Assembly (NCBI GenBank): GCA_003331545.1
Contig: QOPC01000004.1
Location: forward strand, 1 to 46,774
Reading direction: 5' to 3'
Source: SAR86 cluster bacterium
GTDB lineage: Bacteria; Pseudomonadota; Gammaproteobacteria; Magnimaribacterales; D2472
Length of the DNA stretch: 46,774 nt
The notes below the pieces were generated by a model, which saw nothing but the letters and a program-made list of their open reading frames with translations, ran no database searches and was not told the DNA's origin. Position 1 is the stretch's first letter; every line of letters starts with the position of its first letter. Made by a program: the position numbers and the translations under genes. This document shows positions 1 through 10,021 of the stretch, piece by piece.

Positions 1-1
1 T

Positions 2-295
2 AAAGATTTGCTAGTGAATGTAAATTTTCCTGATCTCTCATCTGAGCAAGTTATGGGAACCAAAATAACTAAATTAGCTAAAAGAGGAGTGCCAGACACA
101 CCAGATTTTCTTCGTAGCCTTGAATCATCAAAATTTTATAGTTTTGGACCATCTGGAAAAATTTTGCCAGGCCAAGTTCAGACAGATATTCAGGCAATTG
201 AAGAAAATTATATTTCTATAACAATTTTGGACTACAACTTAAGTGCTGAAATTGATGATTGGCATTTATACAAAGAGTTTTTTAATTGTGAATAA
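2..295 (+). CDS. surE: 5'/3'-nucleotidase SurE, C-terminal part (truncated by window edge)
   Basis: Frame open from the window start; LVNVNFPD, TD..AIEENYISIT motifs of the SurE C-terminus; directly upstream of pcm. Confidence 0.85.
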   Translation, partial: KDLLVNVNFPDLSSEQVMGTKITKLAKRGVPDTPDFLRSLESSKFYSFGPSGKILPGQVQTDIQAIEENYISITILDYNLSAEIDDWHLYKEFFNCE

Positions 296-965
296 TTCAG
301 GTTTCACATTTACTCGTGTCAAAGATCAAATGATCCAAGAACTACTTGATATGGGAATAAAAGATTTTCGCGTCCTTGATGCACTGAGTCAGGTTTCAAG
401 GCATATTTTTTTGGATGAAGCATTGTGGAGTCGTGCTTATGAAAATATGGCATTGACCATTGGTTACAAACAGACAATTTCTCAACCATACATTGTTGCA
501 AGAATGACCGAACATTTAATCTCCCATACATCAAGACGTGGCAAAGTTTTAAATCAAGTTCTTGAAATTGGATCTGGTTGTGGTTATCAATCTGCTGTTT
601 TATCCCATTTTGCAAATGATGTTTTTGCAGTTGAAAGAATTAAACCTCTAGTTTTAAAATCTAGAGAAAACCTCAGAGACTTAAAGATTAGAAATGTTGA
701 AGTAAAGCATGCAAACGGATTTGATGGATGGGAAGAGAATAAAAAATTTGACGGAATAATTTGTGCTGCTGCGCCCAGAAAATATCCAGAAGAATTGCTT
801 GAGCTGCTTGAAATAGGTGGAAAACTTGTTATCCCTGCAGGAAATGAGGGCGAACAAAAACTTTTTGTAATTACTAAAATTAGTGATACAGAAAATGAAG
901 AAATTATTCATGAAGACGTTGCTTTTGTCCCAATGCTTCCAGGAATTTCTAATGGAGAAATATAA
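288..965 (+). CDS. pcm: Protein-L-isoaspartate O-methyltransferase
   Basis: QTISQPYIVARM, VLEIGSGCGYQSAVL, FVPM motifs; start moved to GTG at 288, which overlaps the surE stop (ORF track start 243). Confidence 0.93.
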   Translation: MNNSGFTFTRVKDQMIQELLDMGIKDFRVLDALSQVSRHIFLDEALWSRAYENMALTIGYKQTISQPYIVARMTEHLISHTSRRGKVLNQVLEIGSGCGYQSAVLSHFANDVFAVERIKPLVLKSRENLRDLKIRNVEVKHANGFDGWEENKKFDGIICAAAPRKYPEELLELLEIGGKLVIPAGNEGEQKLFVITKISDTENEEIIHEDVAFVPMLPGISNGEI

Positions 966-967
966 AG

Positions 968-1690
968 ATGAATGATCAAATCAGATATTCTCTTGCCGGA
1001 TTTTGCATGGGCATTGCAGAATTGATTCCAGGTATTTCAGGAGCAACGGTTGCAGTAATTTTTAAAATTTACCCAAACTTAATTTCAATCTTAAGCAAGT
1101 TGAGAATTAATAACTTGTCTTTCAACTTCTTATCTCTTTCCAAGACATTTCAATTCAAAGTCTCGCTACCATTAATTGTTTCAATGCTTGCCGCAATTAT
1201 TTTATGCTCAAACTTAATTAATTTTTTGATCAGTAATTATGAAACCACATTTCTATTCTTTTTGGGTTGGTTGATGATTTTCTTATCAATTTACACAGCA
1301 GATTTTTTTAAAGCTTTATTTCAAAGACCTAAATTAATGTTATTTTTATTTGCTGGGATTTTAATAGGACTTGGCTTACAAAAATTAAGTTTTGGTTCAG
1401 GTGAAATAACAACAATGTACTTATTTATTGCTGGGTTGGCAGCTTTTTCATTTTTCTTAATACCAGGTATCTCTGGTAGTGCCATGTTAGTGGTCTTGGG
1501 TGTATATGCCCCAGTAATTCAGGGTATCGCAAATTTTAATTTGAATTTATTGATTCCGTTTGCATGTGGTTGTTTATTTTCTCTTCTTATTCTTCCTAAG
1601 CTTATTTTTAATTTATATTCAAAAAACGAACAAAATCTTACGTATGTATTTTCGGGGTTGATCTTTTCCTCAGGTTTTTTATTATTGTGA
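968..1690 (+). CDS. DUF368 family membrane protein (putative undecaprenyl-phosphate translocase)
   Basis: Duplicated PG(I/V)SG motifs (GIAELIPGISGATVA; LIPGISGSAMLVVLG); multi-TM hydrophobic profile. Confidence 0.85.
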   Translation: MNDQIRYSLAGFCMGIAELIPGISGATVAVIFKIYPNLISILSKLRINNLSFNFLSLSKTFQFKVSLPLIVSMLAAIILCSNLINFLISNYETTFLFFLGWLMIFLSIYTADFFKALFQRPKLMLFLFAGILIGLGLQKLSFGSGEITTMYLFIAGLAAFSFFLIPGISGSAMLVVLGVYAPVIQGIANFNLNLLIPFACGCLFSLLILPKLIFNLYSKNEQNLTYVFSGLIFSSGFLLL

Positions 1691-2334
1691 TTAAGATTCC
1701 ATTCAAGATAATTTTTTTATTACATGTTTTGGTTGTTTCAAGCTGTTCTTCGTTAGACGTTTTAAAAGAAAATTACCAAAACTTTTTATCAACTTCTTCA
1801 AATAAATTTTATGTTGTAGAAGAGGGAGATTCTATTTGGTCGATTTCAATAAAATTAAATTTAGATCCACAGTTGCTTATTTCAAACAATAATTTAAATA
1901 AGCCATATATTATTTATCCTGATCAAAAATTAGCACTTTATAAATACTCAAATATTCAACCTAGTTTTAATAAAGATTATATTTCACAATGGCATCACCC
2001 TTTGAAAGTTAATTCAAAGCCAGCAAAAGAAAAAGATTCATGGTTAGTTTATAAAGAATCTAAAGGGACTCCAATTCATTCAATATATCAGGGTAAGATT
2101 GTTGTCTCTGGACCTGATATCCCTGGTTATGGCAACCTAGTCATGATTTCTCATCCATATGGTTACTTGAGTCTTTATGCCCACTGCGACAAAATATTTG
2201 TTGAGCAAGGAGACGAGGTCGGCAAGGGTGCTGTCATTGCACATGTAGGTAATTCAGAAGCGCCCCATCCAATGTTAAGATTTCAACTTCGCAAAGGTGG
2301 ACAACCAGTCAGCGCGTCAGGCATTAATTTTTAA
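1687..2334 (+). CDS. nlpD: LysM + M23/LytM-domain lipoprotein, NlpD-like
   Basis: Lipobox-like VVSSC, LysM (YVVEEGDSIWSIS...NNLNKPYIIYPDQKL), M23 C-terminus (GYGNLVMISH, YAH, V.QGDEV..G..IA); position after pcm. Confidence 0.8.
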   Translation: MIKIPFKIIFLLHVLVVSSCSSLDVLKENYQNFLSTSSNKFYVVEEGDSIWSISIKLNLDPQLLISNNNLNKPYIIYPDQKLALYKYSNIQPSFNKDYISQWHHPLKVNSKPAKEKDSWLVYKESKGTPIHSIYQGKIVVSGPDIPGYGNLVMISHPYGYLSLYAHCDKIFVEQGDEVGKGAVIAHVGNSEAPHPMLRFQLRKGGQPVSASGINF

Positions 2335-2345
2335 TCTCTATATAA

Positions 2346-2669
2346 CTATCTTTCTAATAAATGGATTTTCTCTTTAATTTGAGCATACTCTTCAGCTTCA
2401 GGTAGCTTTTCTTTTTCCTCAGTAATATTTGGCCAAACCTCACTCAACTCTGCATTTATTTCAATAAAATCAATTTGATCGTCTGGCAGTTCATCTTCAG
2501 AAAAAATTGCATCAACAGGGCACTCAGGCTCACACAAAGCGCAGTCAATACACTCTTCAGGATGAATTACTAAAAAATTTGGACCTTCATAAAAACAATC
2601 AACAGGGCATACTTCCACACAGTCTGTATGCTTACATTTAATACATGATTCTGTAACTATAAATGCCAT
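2346..2669 (-). CDS. fdxA: 7Fe ferredoxin (FdxA / ferredoxin I)
   Basis: [51 protein letters not shown] matches the Azotobacter/Pseudomonas ferredoxin I pattern. Confidence 0.95.
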   Translation of the reverse strand: MAFIVTESCIKCKHTDCVEVCPVDCFYEGPNFLVIHPEECIDCALCEPECPVDAIFSEDELPDDQIDFIEINAELSEVWPNITEEKEKLPEAEEYAQIKEKIHLLER

Positions 2670-2771
2670 TTAATGATGAAATTGTAAATTAAAATGAATC
2701 TTAACAATGACTTATCAACAAGTCAGCATGAATTTGATAATATTTATTTTACATTTATGAAATTTGTAATA

Positions 2772-2791
2772 TACTGTACAAATATACAGTA
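2772..2791. promoter_or_regulatory. LexA (SOS) box upstream of recA
   Basis: TACTGTACAAATATACAGTA = CTGT-N8-ACAG, 13 nt before the recA ATG; overlaps a likely -10 TATACT (2770-2775), with -35 TTTACA at 2748-2753. Confidence 0.9.
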
Positions 2792-2804
2792 AAAGGAGAG
2801 CACA

Positions 2805-3812
2805 ATGTCAGATAAAGATAAAAACCTAACGGAAGCCCTATCCCAAATAGAAAAGCAGTTTGGAAAAGGCACTGTAATGAAAATGGGGGATAGGGAGATT
2901 GTTGATATTCCATCTGTTTCAACAGGATCACTTGGGCTAGATATTGCTCTTGGTATAGGAGGTCTTCCAAAAGGAAGGGTTGTTGAAATTTTTGGCCCTG
3001 AGTCATCAGGCAAGACAACATTAACATTACAAGCCATAGCCGAATGTCAAAAAGCAGGTGGCACGGCAGCATTTATTGATGCTGAGCATGCCCTAGATCC
3101 AAATTATGCTGAAAAACTTGGAGTAAATGTTGATGAACTTTTACTTTCTCAACCTGATACTGGTGAGCAAGCCCTTGAAGTTACAGATATGCTTGTAAAA
3201 TCAGGTAGTGTTGACTTAGTTGTTATTGATTCTGTGGCAGCGCTTACTCCTCGAGCTGAGATTGAAGGAGATATGGGTGATCATCATATGGGACTTCAAG
3301 CCCGCTTAATGTCTCAAGCATTGAGAAAAATTACAGGTAACATTCAACGTTCTAATTGTATGGTAATTTTTATTAATCAGATCAGAATGAAAATAGGCGT
3401 AATGTTTGGCAATCCTGAAACCACTACCGGCGGTAATGCCCTAAAGTTCTATTCTTCAGTTCGTTTAGACATTCGAAGGATCGGTGCAGTCAAAGAAGGC
3501 GAGGAAGTAGTTGGAAATGAAACCAGAGTTAAGGTAGTCAAGAACAAGGTTTCACCTCCATTTAAACAAGCTGAATTTCAAATCATGTACGGTGAAGGAA
3601 TTAATGTTGAGGGAGAAATTTTAGAACTTGGACAAAAACTTGAATTAGTAGAAAAATCAGGTTCCTGGTACAGTCACAATGGAGAAAAGATTGGACAAGG
3701 CAAAGTCAATGCAAGCAAGTTTTTAAAAGAAAATTCTAAGATTAGAGACGCATTAATTAAAGAGATCAGAAAGGCTTACATACCTACAGTCAAGAAAGCC
3801 GCAAAGAAATAA
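2805..3812 (+). CDS. recA: Recombinase RecA
   Basis: GPESSGKTT Walker [30 protein letters not shown] signature; AAGGAGAG Shine-Dalgarno. Confidence 0.99.
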   Translation: MSDKDKNLTEALSQIEKQFGKGTVMKMGDREIVDIPSVSTGSLGLDIALGIGGLPKGRVVEIFGPESSGKTTLTLQAIAECQKAGGTAAFIDAEHALDPNYAEKLGVNVDELLLSQPDTGEQALEVTDMLVKSGSVDLVVIDSVAALTPRAEIEGDMGDHHMGLQARLMSQALRKITGNIQRSNCMVIFINQIRMKIGVMFGNPETTTGGNALKFYSSVRLDIRRIGAVKEGEEVVGNETRVKVVKNKVSPPFKQAEFQIMYGEGINVEGEILELGQKLELVEKSGSWYSHNGEKIGQGKVNASKFLKENSKIRDALIKEIRKAYIPTVKKAAKK

Positions 3813-3876
3813 TCATTCTTTAACTTGTTAAAAAGTCTAAAAATTGATTAAGATACTCTCATCATAGGAGAGAGTT

Positions 3877-5055
3877 ATGTCTAATAATGCATATATAGTT
3901 TCAGCTGTTAGAACAGCTGGAGGGAAGAAAAACGGTAGCTTAAGTCTTTGGCATCCTGCTGACCTTGGCGCAAAGGTTTTAGACGAACTTGTTCGTCAAT
4001 CAGGAATTGAACCGGAATTAATTGATGATGTTATTTTTGGTTGTGTAGATCAAGTAGGCGCTCAATCAGGCAATGTGGCTAGAAATGCAATACTCGCATC
4101 AAGTCTACCTGAGTCAGTTCCAGGTACGTCTGTTGACCGTCAATGTGGTTCCTCTCAACAAGCTATTCATTTTGCTATACAGGCAGTCATGTCTGGTACA
4201 CAGGATGTTGTTATTGGTGGCGGAGTTGAAGTAATGTCAATGGTTCCGATAGGTGCTAGCATAAAAGATGGATTCGACGCAGGTCATGGTTTGCCATTCG
4301 ACTCAGACGGAATGAAAGAAAGGTATCCCGGAATATTCTTTTCACAATTTAGTGGCGCTGAAATGATGGCAGAAAAATGGAATTTGTCTCGAGAAGATTT
4401 AGACAACTTTGCTCTTAGCAGTCATCAAAAAGCTGCTGCAGCTGTAGAAGGAAAGTATTTTGATAGAGAGATTCTTCCCATTCAAGCAAAAAATGCAGAT
4501 GGTAAATCCGACATGGTGTTTAATGATGAAGGAATTAGATACGATGCTAGCTTTGAAGCTTTATCAGGACTAAATCCTGTAACAGAAGGAGGCGTAATAA
4601 CCGCCGGTAATGCCAGTCAAATTACTGATGGAGCGGCCGCACTCCTCATATGTAACGATGAAGGTCTAAAGAAAGTCAAATCAGACCCAAGGGCAAAAAT
4701 TACAGGCATAAGCGTTGTTGGGGATGATCCAATCATGATGCTGGGAGGTCCCATACCTGCATCTCATAAAGTCTTAAGGGCAACAAACCTTAATATCGAA
4801 GATATAGATTTATACGAGGTTAATGAAGCCTTTGCTCCTGTTCCACTATCTTGGGCTATAGAGCTCAAAGCAGACTTGGCAAAATTAAATGTGAATGGAG
4901 GAGCTATGGCTCTTGGTCATCCTTTGGGAGCTACTGGGGCTAAGCTAATGACAACTCTTCTTCACGAGCTTGAGCGAACAAATGGCAAATACGGTCTTCA
5001 AGCTATTTGCGAGGGCGGAGGAACCGCAAATGCAACAATAATAGAGAGAATTTAG
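3877..5055 (+). CDS. Acetyl-CoA C-acyltransferase (thiolase)
   Basis: DRQCGSSQQA (catalytic Cys), NEAFA, GHPLGATG, CEGGG. Confidence 0.95.
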   Translation: MSNNAYIVSAVRTAGGKKNGSLSLWHPADLGAKVLDELVRQSGIEPELIDDVIFGCVDQVGAQSGNVARNAILASSLPESVPGTSVDRQCGSSQQAIHFAIQAVMSGTQDVVIGGGVEVMSMVPIGASIKDGFDAGHGLPFDSDGMKERYPGIFFSQFSGAEMMAEKWNLSREDLDNFALSSHQKAAAAVEGKYFDREILPIQAKNADGKSDMVFNDEGIRYDASFEALSGLNPVTEGGVITAGNASQITDGAAALLICNDEGLKKVKSDPRAKITGISVVGDDPIMMLGGPIPASHKVLRATNLNIEDIDLYEVNEAFAPVPLSWAIELKADLAKLNVNGGAMALGHPLGATGAKLMTTLLHELERTNGKYGLQAICEGGGTANATIIERI

Positions 5056-6336
5056 TTATAGATTTTTGAAATGTTCGAAGATAGTTTCAATATCTTCATA
5101 AGCACCAATCGAGGTTTTACCATCTCTGTGCATTAACTCTATTTCATTTTTTTCTAGATATTGCTTGCCTATAATAATATTCATTGGAATACCAATTAAT
5201 TCAGCATCTTTCATTTTGGTTCCATAACCATCTTTCCTATCATCTAAAATAACCTCATACCCCATAGAAGATAATTTCTCATACATGTTAATTGAAGCGC
5301 TTGCTATTTTTTCATCTTTTTCAAAACCAATTGCAACTATATTTACATCAAACGGAGTTATTGATTCAGGCCAAATTATGCCCTTGTCATCATTATTTTG
5401 CTCTATTGCAGCTGCTACAAGTCTTGAGACTCCGATGCCATAACAGCCCATATAAAGATTTTGTGCTTTACCCTCTTTATCAAGAACATTAGCATTCATA
5501 AGGTTTGTATACACTTCTCCCAATTGAAAAATATGTCCAACTTCAATCCCTTTTTTAATTTCTATAACACCTTTGCCATCGGGAGATGGCTTGCCTTGAA
5601 GAGACTGAAGATCCTCTCCATCTTTTAATAGAAGTTCTGTATTGATAGCAAACTCAGAGGAATCGCTAACAGCAATAGTATCCTCTCCATTTTCAGCTAA
5701 AACATGAAATTCTTCAGAAACATCACCACCAATTGCACCAGAATCTGCCTTTACAATCTTATACTTCAATCCTAATCTATCAATAATTTTTTTGTATGTT
5801 TCTCTCATCAATTGGTATGACTCATCTAGAGAACTTTGATTTATATTAAAGCTATATGAGTCCTTCATTAGAAATTCTCTTCCTCGCATAACACCATATC
5901 GAGGCCTGACTTCATCTCTAAATTTAGTTTGAATTTGATAAATATTTAACGGTAATTCTTTATAACTTTTAACATTATTTCTAATTAAATCTGTTATTAC
6001 TTCCTCATGAGTAGGTCCTAAGCAAAAATCTCTATCGTGTCTATCTTTGATTCGTAATAGTTCAGATCCCATCTTTTCCCATCTTTGTGTTTCTTCCCAA
6101 AGTTCTCTTGGTTGAACCATTGGCATTAACACTTCTTGAGCCTCAGATAAATTCATTTCCTCTCTGATAATATTTTCAATTTTTCTAAGAACTCTCAAGC
6201 CTAGGGGAAGCCACGTGTATATTCCAGAGCTAACTTTTCTGATCATTCCTGCTCTTAGCATTAATTTATGACTAACTACTTCTGCATCTTGAGGCGTATC
6301 TTTTAAAGTTGGTAAAAAAATCTTAGACCAAAACAT
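5056..6336 (-). CDS. proS: Proline--tRNA ligase, short form lacking the INS editing domain
   Basis: [54 protein letters not shown]; only 426 aa. Confidence 0.97.
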   Translation of the reverse strand: MFWSKIFLPTLKDTPQDAEVVSHKLMLRAGMIRKVSSGIYTWLPLGLRVLRKIENIIREEMNLSEAQEVLMPMVQPRELWEETQRWEKMGSELLRIKDRHDRDFCLGPTHEEVITDLIRNNVKSYKELPLNIYQIQTKFRDEVRPRYGVMRGREFLMKDSYSFNINQSSLDESYQLMRETYKKIIDRLGLKYKIVKADSGAIGGDVSEEFHVLAENGEDTIAVSDSSEFAINTELLLKDGEDLQSLQGKPSPDGKGVIEIKKGIEVGHIFQLGEVYTNLMNANVLDKEGKAQNLYMGCYGIGVSRLVAAAIEQNNDDKGIIWPESITPFDVNIVAIGFEKDEKIASASINMYEKLSSMGYEVILDDRKDGYGTKMKDAELIGIPMNIIIGKQYLEKNEIELMHRDGKTSIGAYEDIETIFEHFKNL

Positions 6337-6390
6337 TTTTTATATTTGAAATTTCATTTAGTTTATAATTCTATATTTTTTTAGAGACTT

Positions 6391-6681
6391 ATGCCGATTT
6401 ATGAATATAAATGCTCAAAATGTGAGCATCAATTTGAAATTATTCAACGATTTTCAGATAATCCACTTGAAAGTTGCCCTGAGTGCGGTCAAAAATCCAT
6501 AAAAAAATTAGTTTCTGCACCATCTTTTAGGCTTAAAGGAGGAGGCTGGTATGAAACTGATTTTAAAACTGGCTCTAAAAAGAATATAGTAGATGTTAAG
6601 GATGAAAAATCTAAACAGCCTAGCGAAAAAACAAAAACTACTGAAAAATCTAAAGAGAAAAACTCAGATACAAAAACTTAA
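6391..6681 (+). CDS. FmdB family zinc-ribbon protein
   Basis: MPIYEYKC..C...CPECG...FRLKGGGWYETDF; usual neighbour upstream of aspS. Confidence 0.9.
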   Translation: MPIYEYKCSKCEHQFEIIQRFSDNPLESCPECGQKSIKKLVSAPSFRLKGGGWYETDFKTGSKKNIVDVKDEKSKQPSEKTKTTEKSKEKNSDTKT

Positions 6682-6696
6682 ATAAGAGAAAGAAAA

Positions 6697-8463
6697 ATGC
6701 GTTCACATTACTGCGGAGATATTAATAGATCAGATATTGGTAGCGATATTGAAATCTCTGGTTGGGTTCATAAGAGGAGAGACCACGGAGGTGTAATTTT
6801 TCTAGATATCCGTGACTTACATGGAATAGTGCAAGTAGTATTTAATCCAGATTTAAAAGAAGTTTTTGATAAAGCAGATTCTTGTAGAAGTGAGTTTGTG
6901 GTAAATATTCAGGGATTAGTTAGAGAAAGAATTGATGGAGCCATAAATACTAAGATGGCAACAGGTGAGATTGAATTAGAGGCAAAAAGTTTAAATATTT
7001 TTAGCTCAGCAGTTACCCCTCAATTTCCACTTGATGATTACCAAGATGTTAATGAGGATATAAGACTTAAAAATAGGTTTGTAGATTTGAGACGTCCTGA
7101 TGTTAATCAGAGATTAGTCAAGCGATCTAAAATAACCTCAAAAATAAGATCGTTCTTAGAAAAAAATAATTTTAATGAAATAGAGACTCCTATTTTAACA
7201 AGAGCAACCCCAGAAGGAGCAAGGGATTATCTGGTTCCAAGTAGGGTGCATCCTGGAGAATTTTTTGCATTACCTCAATCTCCTCAATTATTTAAACAAT
7301 TACTAATGATTGGTGGGCTGGACAAATATTATCAAATAGCTAAGTGCTTCAGAGATGAGGATCTGCGAGCTGATAGACAACCTGAATTTACTCAGGTAGA
7401 CATAGAAGCTTCTTTTATTTCAACTGAGGATATTATTAATCTAGGGGAAGAACTGATAATCTCTTTACTCTCTGAATTCACTGATTATCAAAAAACTAAG
7501 GTTCCAAGAATTCCATATAAAGAGTCCATGGAGAAATATGGTTGTGATAAGCCAGATCTTAGAATTCCACTGGAACTTATCGATATTTCTGCTCTTGTCA
7601 AAGACGAAGAATTTAAAGTATTTTCTGGACCAGCCAATGATCCTTCCTCAAGAGTTGTGGCTTTGAAAGTTCCAGACGCTGCCGATATGACTAGAAAAAA
7701 AATTGATGCATATACAGACTATGTTGGCAAATTGGGTGCTAAAGGATTGGCTTATATTAAGGTAATTGAGGTTGATAAAGAGAATGGACTGCAATCTCCT
7801 ATCCTCAAATTTTTTAAGGAGGAAACAATTCATTCGATCATCTCTAATTTAGATGTTCAAAATAACGATATAATTTTTTTCGGCGCTGGAAAGACAAATA
7901 CTGTCAATCTATCAATGAGTGCATTGATAAAGAAACTCGGAGAGGATTTAAATCTAATGGAATGCTCTTGGGCTCCATGTTGGATCATTGATTTTCCAAT
8001 GTTTGAGAGAAATAAAGAAAATAATCTTACTTCTTTACATCACCCATTTACCTTACCGGCAGTATCGGTTAATGAATTAAAAAATGATCCAGATAACTCA
8101 TTGGCTTGTGCATATGATTTTGTTTTGAATGGGTATGAACTTGGCGGGGGATCCTTAAGAGTTTATGAACCCACTATGCAAAAAGAGATATTTTCAATAC
8201 TAGGGATTTCTGAGGACGAAGCTAAAGAAAAATTTGGCTTTCTGCTATCAGCATTGTCATCCGGATGTCCACCTCACGGGGGTATAGCTTTCGGCTTAGA
8301 TAGAATTGTGATGCTCTTGTCCGATACAACTAATATTCGCGATGTGATAGCTTTCCCTAAAACACAAAGCGCTTCTTGCTTGCTTACAGATGCTCCTAGC
8401 ATGGTTTCAAACAACCAACTTGATGAGCTTAATATCAAATCGACTTTTGAACCGGAACAATAA
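6697..8463 (+). CDS. aspS: Aspartate--tRNA ligase (likely non-discriminating Asp/Asn type)
   Basis: [61 protein letters not shown]. Confidence 0.98.
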   Translation: MRSHYCGDINRSDIGSDIEISGWVHKRRDHGGVIFLDIRDLHGIVQVVFNPDLKEVFDKADSCRSEFVVNIQGLVRERIDGAINTKMATGEIELEAKSLNIFSSAVTPQFPLDDYQDVNEDIRLKNRFVDLRRPDVNQRLVKRSKITSKIRSFLEKNNFNEIETPILTRATPEGARDYLVPSRVHPGEFFALPQSPQLFKQLLMIGGLDKYYQIAKCFRDEDLRADRQPEFTQVDIEASFISTEDIINLGEELIISLLSEFTDYQKTKVPRIPYKESMEKYGCDKPDLRIPLELIDISALVKDEEFKVFSGPANDPSSRVVALKVPDAADMTRKKIDAYTDYVGKLGAKGLAYIKVIEVDKENGLQSPILKFFKEETIHSIISNLDVQNNDIIFFGAGKTNTVNLSMSALIKKLGEDLNLMECSWAPCWIIDFPMFERNKENNLTSLHHPFTLPAVSVNELKNDPDNSLACAYDFVLNGYELGGGSLRVYEPTMQKEIFSILGISEDEAKEKFGFLLSALSSGCPPHGGIAFGLDRIVMLLSDTTNIRDVIAFPKTQSASCLLTDAPSMVSNNQLDELNIKSTFEPEQ

Positions 8464-9201
8464 ATGGCTGGACATTCCAAATGGGCAAATATTAAGCATC
8501 GAAAAGCAAGGCAAGATGCATCCCGAGGAAAGGTTTGGACTAAGGTTATAAGGGAGATTACCGTTGCAGCAAAAGGTGGTCCTGACCCCAGTGATAATCC
8601 AAGGCTGAGGCTTGCATTAGATAAAGCAAATGCAGCAAATATGCCTAAAGATACAATCAAACGAGCAATTCAAAAGGGTTCTGGAACAGGCGAAATGGGC
8701 ATCATTGATGAATTAACTTTTGAGGGTTACGGCCCTAATGGAGTTGCTATTCTTGTTGAAACAATGACGGATAATAGAAATAGAACTGTTGCAGATGTTC
8801 GCCATGCTTTTTCAAAATTTGGAGGGAATATGGGAACAGATGGCTCTGTTGCTTACCTCTTTAATAAGCTGGGAATTATTCATATATCTCTTTCCTATGA
8901 TGAGGACCAAATTATGGAAATTTCACTGGAAGCTGGCGCAGATGATATTTCTACCACAGATGATTATTTTGAAATTATTACCACGCCAGCAAATCTATCT
9001 AACCTTGTTGAAGCATTTAAGAAAAATAACATTGAAACATTGCTTACTGAAAATACAATGAGAGCTGATACTTTGGTTAATTTGGATCACGAAGCATCTG
9101 AAAAAGTTTTTAAAATTATGAATTTTATGGATGACCTGGATGATGTCCAAGAGGTTCATACGAATGCAGAGTTTCCAGAAGATTTTTCTGGAGAGGGGTA
9201 A
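8464..9201 (+). CDS. yebC: YebC/PmpR family protein
   Basis: MAGHSKWANIKHRK, EGYGPNGVA, TDNRNRT, DDLDDVQEVHTN. Confidence 0.97.
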   Translation: MAGHSKWANIKHRKARQDASRGKVWTKVIREITVAAKGGPDPSDNPRLRLALDKANAANMPKDTIKRAIQKGSGTGEMGIIDELTFEGYGPNGVAILVETMTDNRNRTVADVRHAFSKFGGNMGTDGSVAYLFNKLGIIHISLSYDEDQIMEISLEAGADDISTTDDYFEIITTPANLSNLVEAFKKNNIETLLTENTMRADTLVNLDHEASEKVFKIMNFMDDLDDVQEVHTNAEFPEDFSGEG

Positions 9202-9203
9202 TT

Positions 9204-9626
9204 TTGTCAATCAATTCTAGAACCAAAGGAGCAAATTTTGAAAGAGAGATTGGCAACTTGCTTGTAGAACAGCTAGGTTTAAATCAGCCAGTTAAAAGAA
9301 TTCTAGAGCAAACCAGGACAAAAGAATTACCAGACTTGAAGTTAGGAAGATGGTGTTTGGAATGCAAAAGATATGGTGACGGCTCTGAGCCACCTCAAGA
9401 TTGGTGGGATCAAGTTTTAGCAGCTACCGGAGATGGAGAATTTCCAGCTTTGATATATAAGTTTAATCGTCGACCAATTAAAGTGAGAATACTTGCAGGC
9501 AGTATAATTCCTGAGCTAGATTTTTCTCCAATGACGATTGATTTAATGTGGGAAGATTTTGTAAAAATTCTTCAATACCTTTTTCAAGTAGATATAGAGC
9601 AACATGAATCCTCGTTTCAGGCCTAA
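9204..9626 (+). CDS. PD-(D/E)XK nuclease, Hjc/phage Holliday-junction-resolvase-like
   Basis: NSRTKGANFEREI helix motif, LPDL, CLECKR (ExK), WWDQ; TTG start with GGAGAGGGG upstream; sits in the ruvCAB position. Confidence 0.75.
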   Translation: MSINSRTKGANFEREIGNLLVEQLGLNQPVKRILEQTRTKELPDLKLGRWCLECKRYGDGSEPPQDWWDQVLAATGDGEFPALIYKFNRRPIKVRILAGSIIPELDFSPMTIDLMWEDFVKILQYLFQVDIEQHESSFQA

Positions 9627-10020
9627 AGATTTTCATTGTAGAGTTTTCGTAGAGGATACTGATTTTCAGGGCGTTGTTTATCATGCAAATTATCTCAAAT
9701 ACCTTGAGAGGGCTCGATCTCAGTTTCTCATTGAGAATAATTTATCTCAAACAAATGCAATGTTGAAAGACAATGAGTCTTATGTAGTCAAATCCATCAA
9801 CCTTTCATATTTTCATCCAGCAAAATTAGAGGATGAATTAATCGTTTGCACTGAAATTGAGCTATTTAGCAAAGCTAGAGCTATATTTTTTCAATCTGTT
9901 TTAAATTCAAAAAATGATACACTCATCTGCAAGGGCGAAGTTGAAGTTTGCTACATTCAAAATGACTCAGGCAAACCAAAATCTTTTCCCTTGGGTTTAA
10001 TAAAATTATTTCAGAACTAA
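9604..10020 (+). CDS. ybgC: Tol-pal-associated acyl-CoA thioesterase YbgC
   Basis: RVFVEDTDFQGVVYHANYLKYLERAR hotdog-fold motif; upstream of tolQ. Confidence 0.93.
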   Translation: MNPRFRPKDFHCRVFVEDTDFQGVVYHANYLKYLERARSQFLIENNLSQTNAMLKDNESYVVKSINLSYFHPAKLEDELIVCTEIELFSKARAIFFQSVLNSKNDTLICKGEVEVCYIQNDSGKPKSFPLGLIKLFQN

Positions 10021-10021
10021 T

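Noticed and set aside
1687-2334. Missing zinc ligands in the M23 domain as a sign of pseudogenisation
   Set aside because: Degenerate LytM active sites are normal for NlpD-type amidase activators, and the ORF is intact.
9204-9626. Calling this ORF ruvC by synteny, or a prophage remnant
   Set aside because: It lacks RuvC RNase H-fold motifs, no other phage genes are present, and it is tightly coupled within a core operon.
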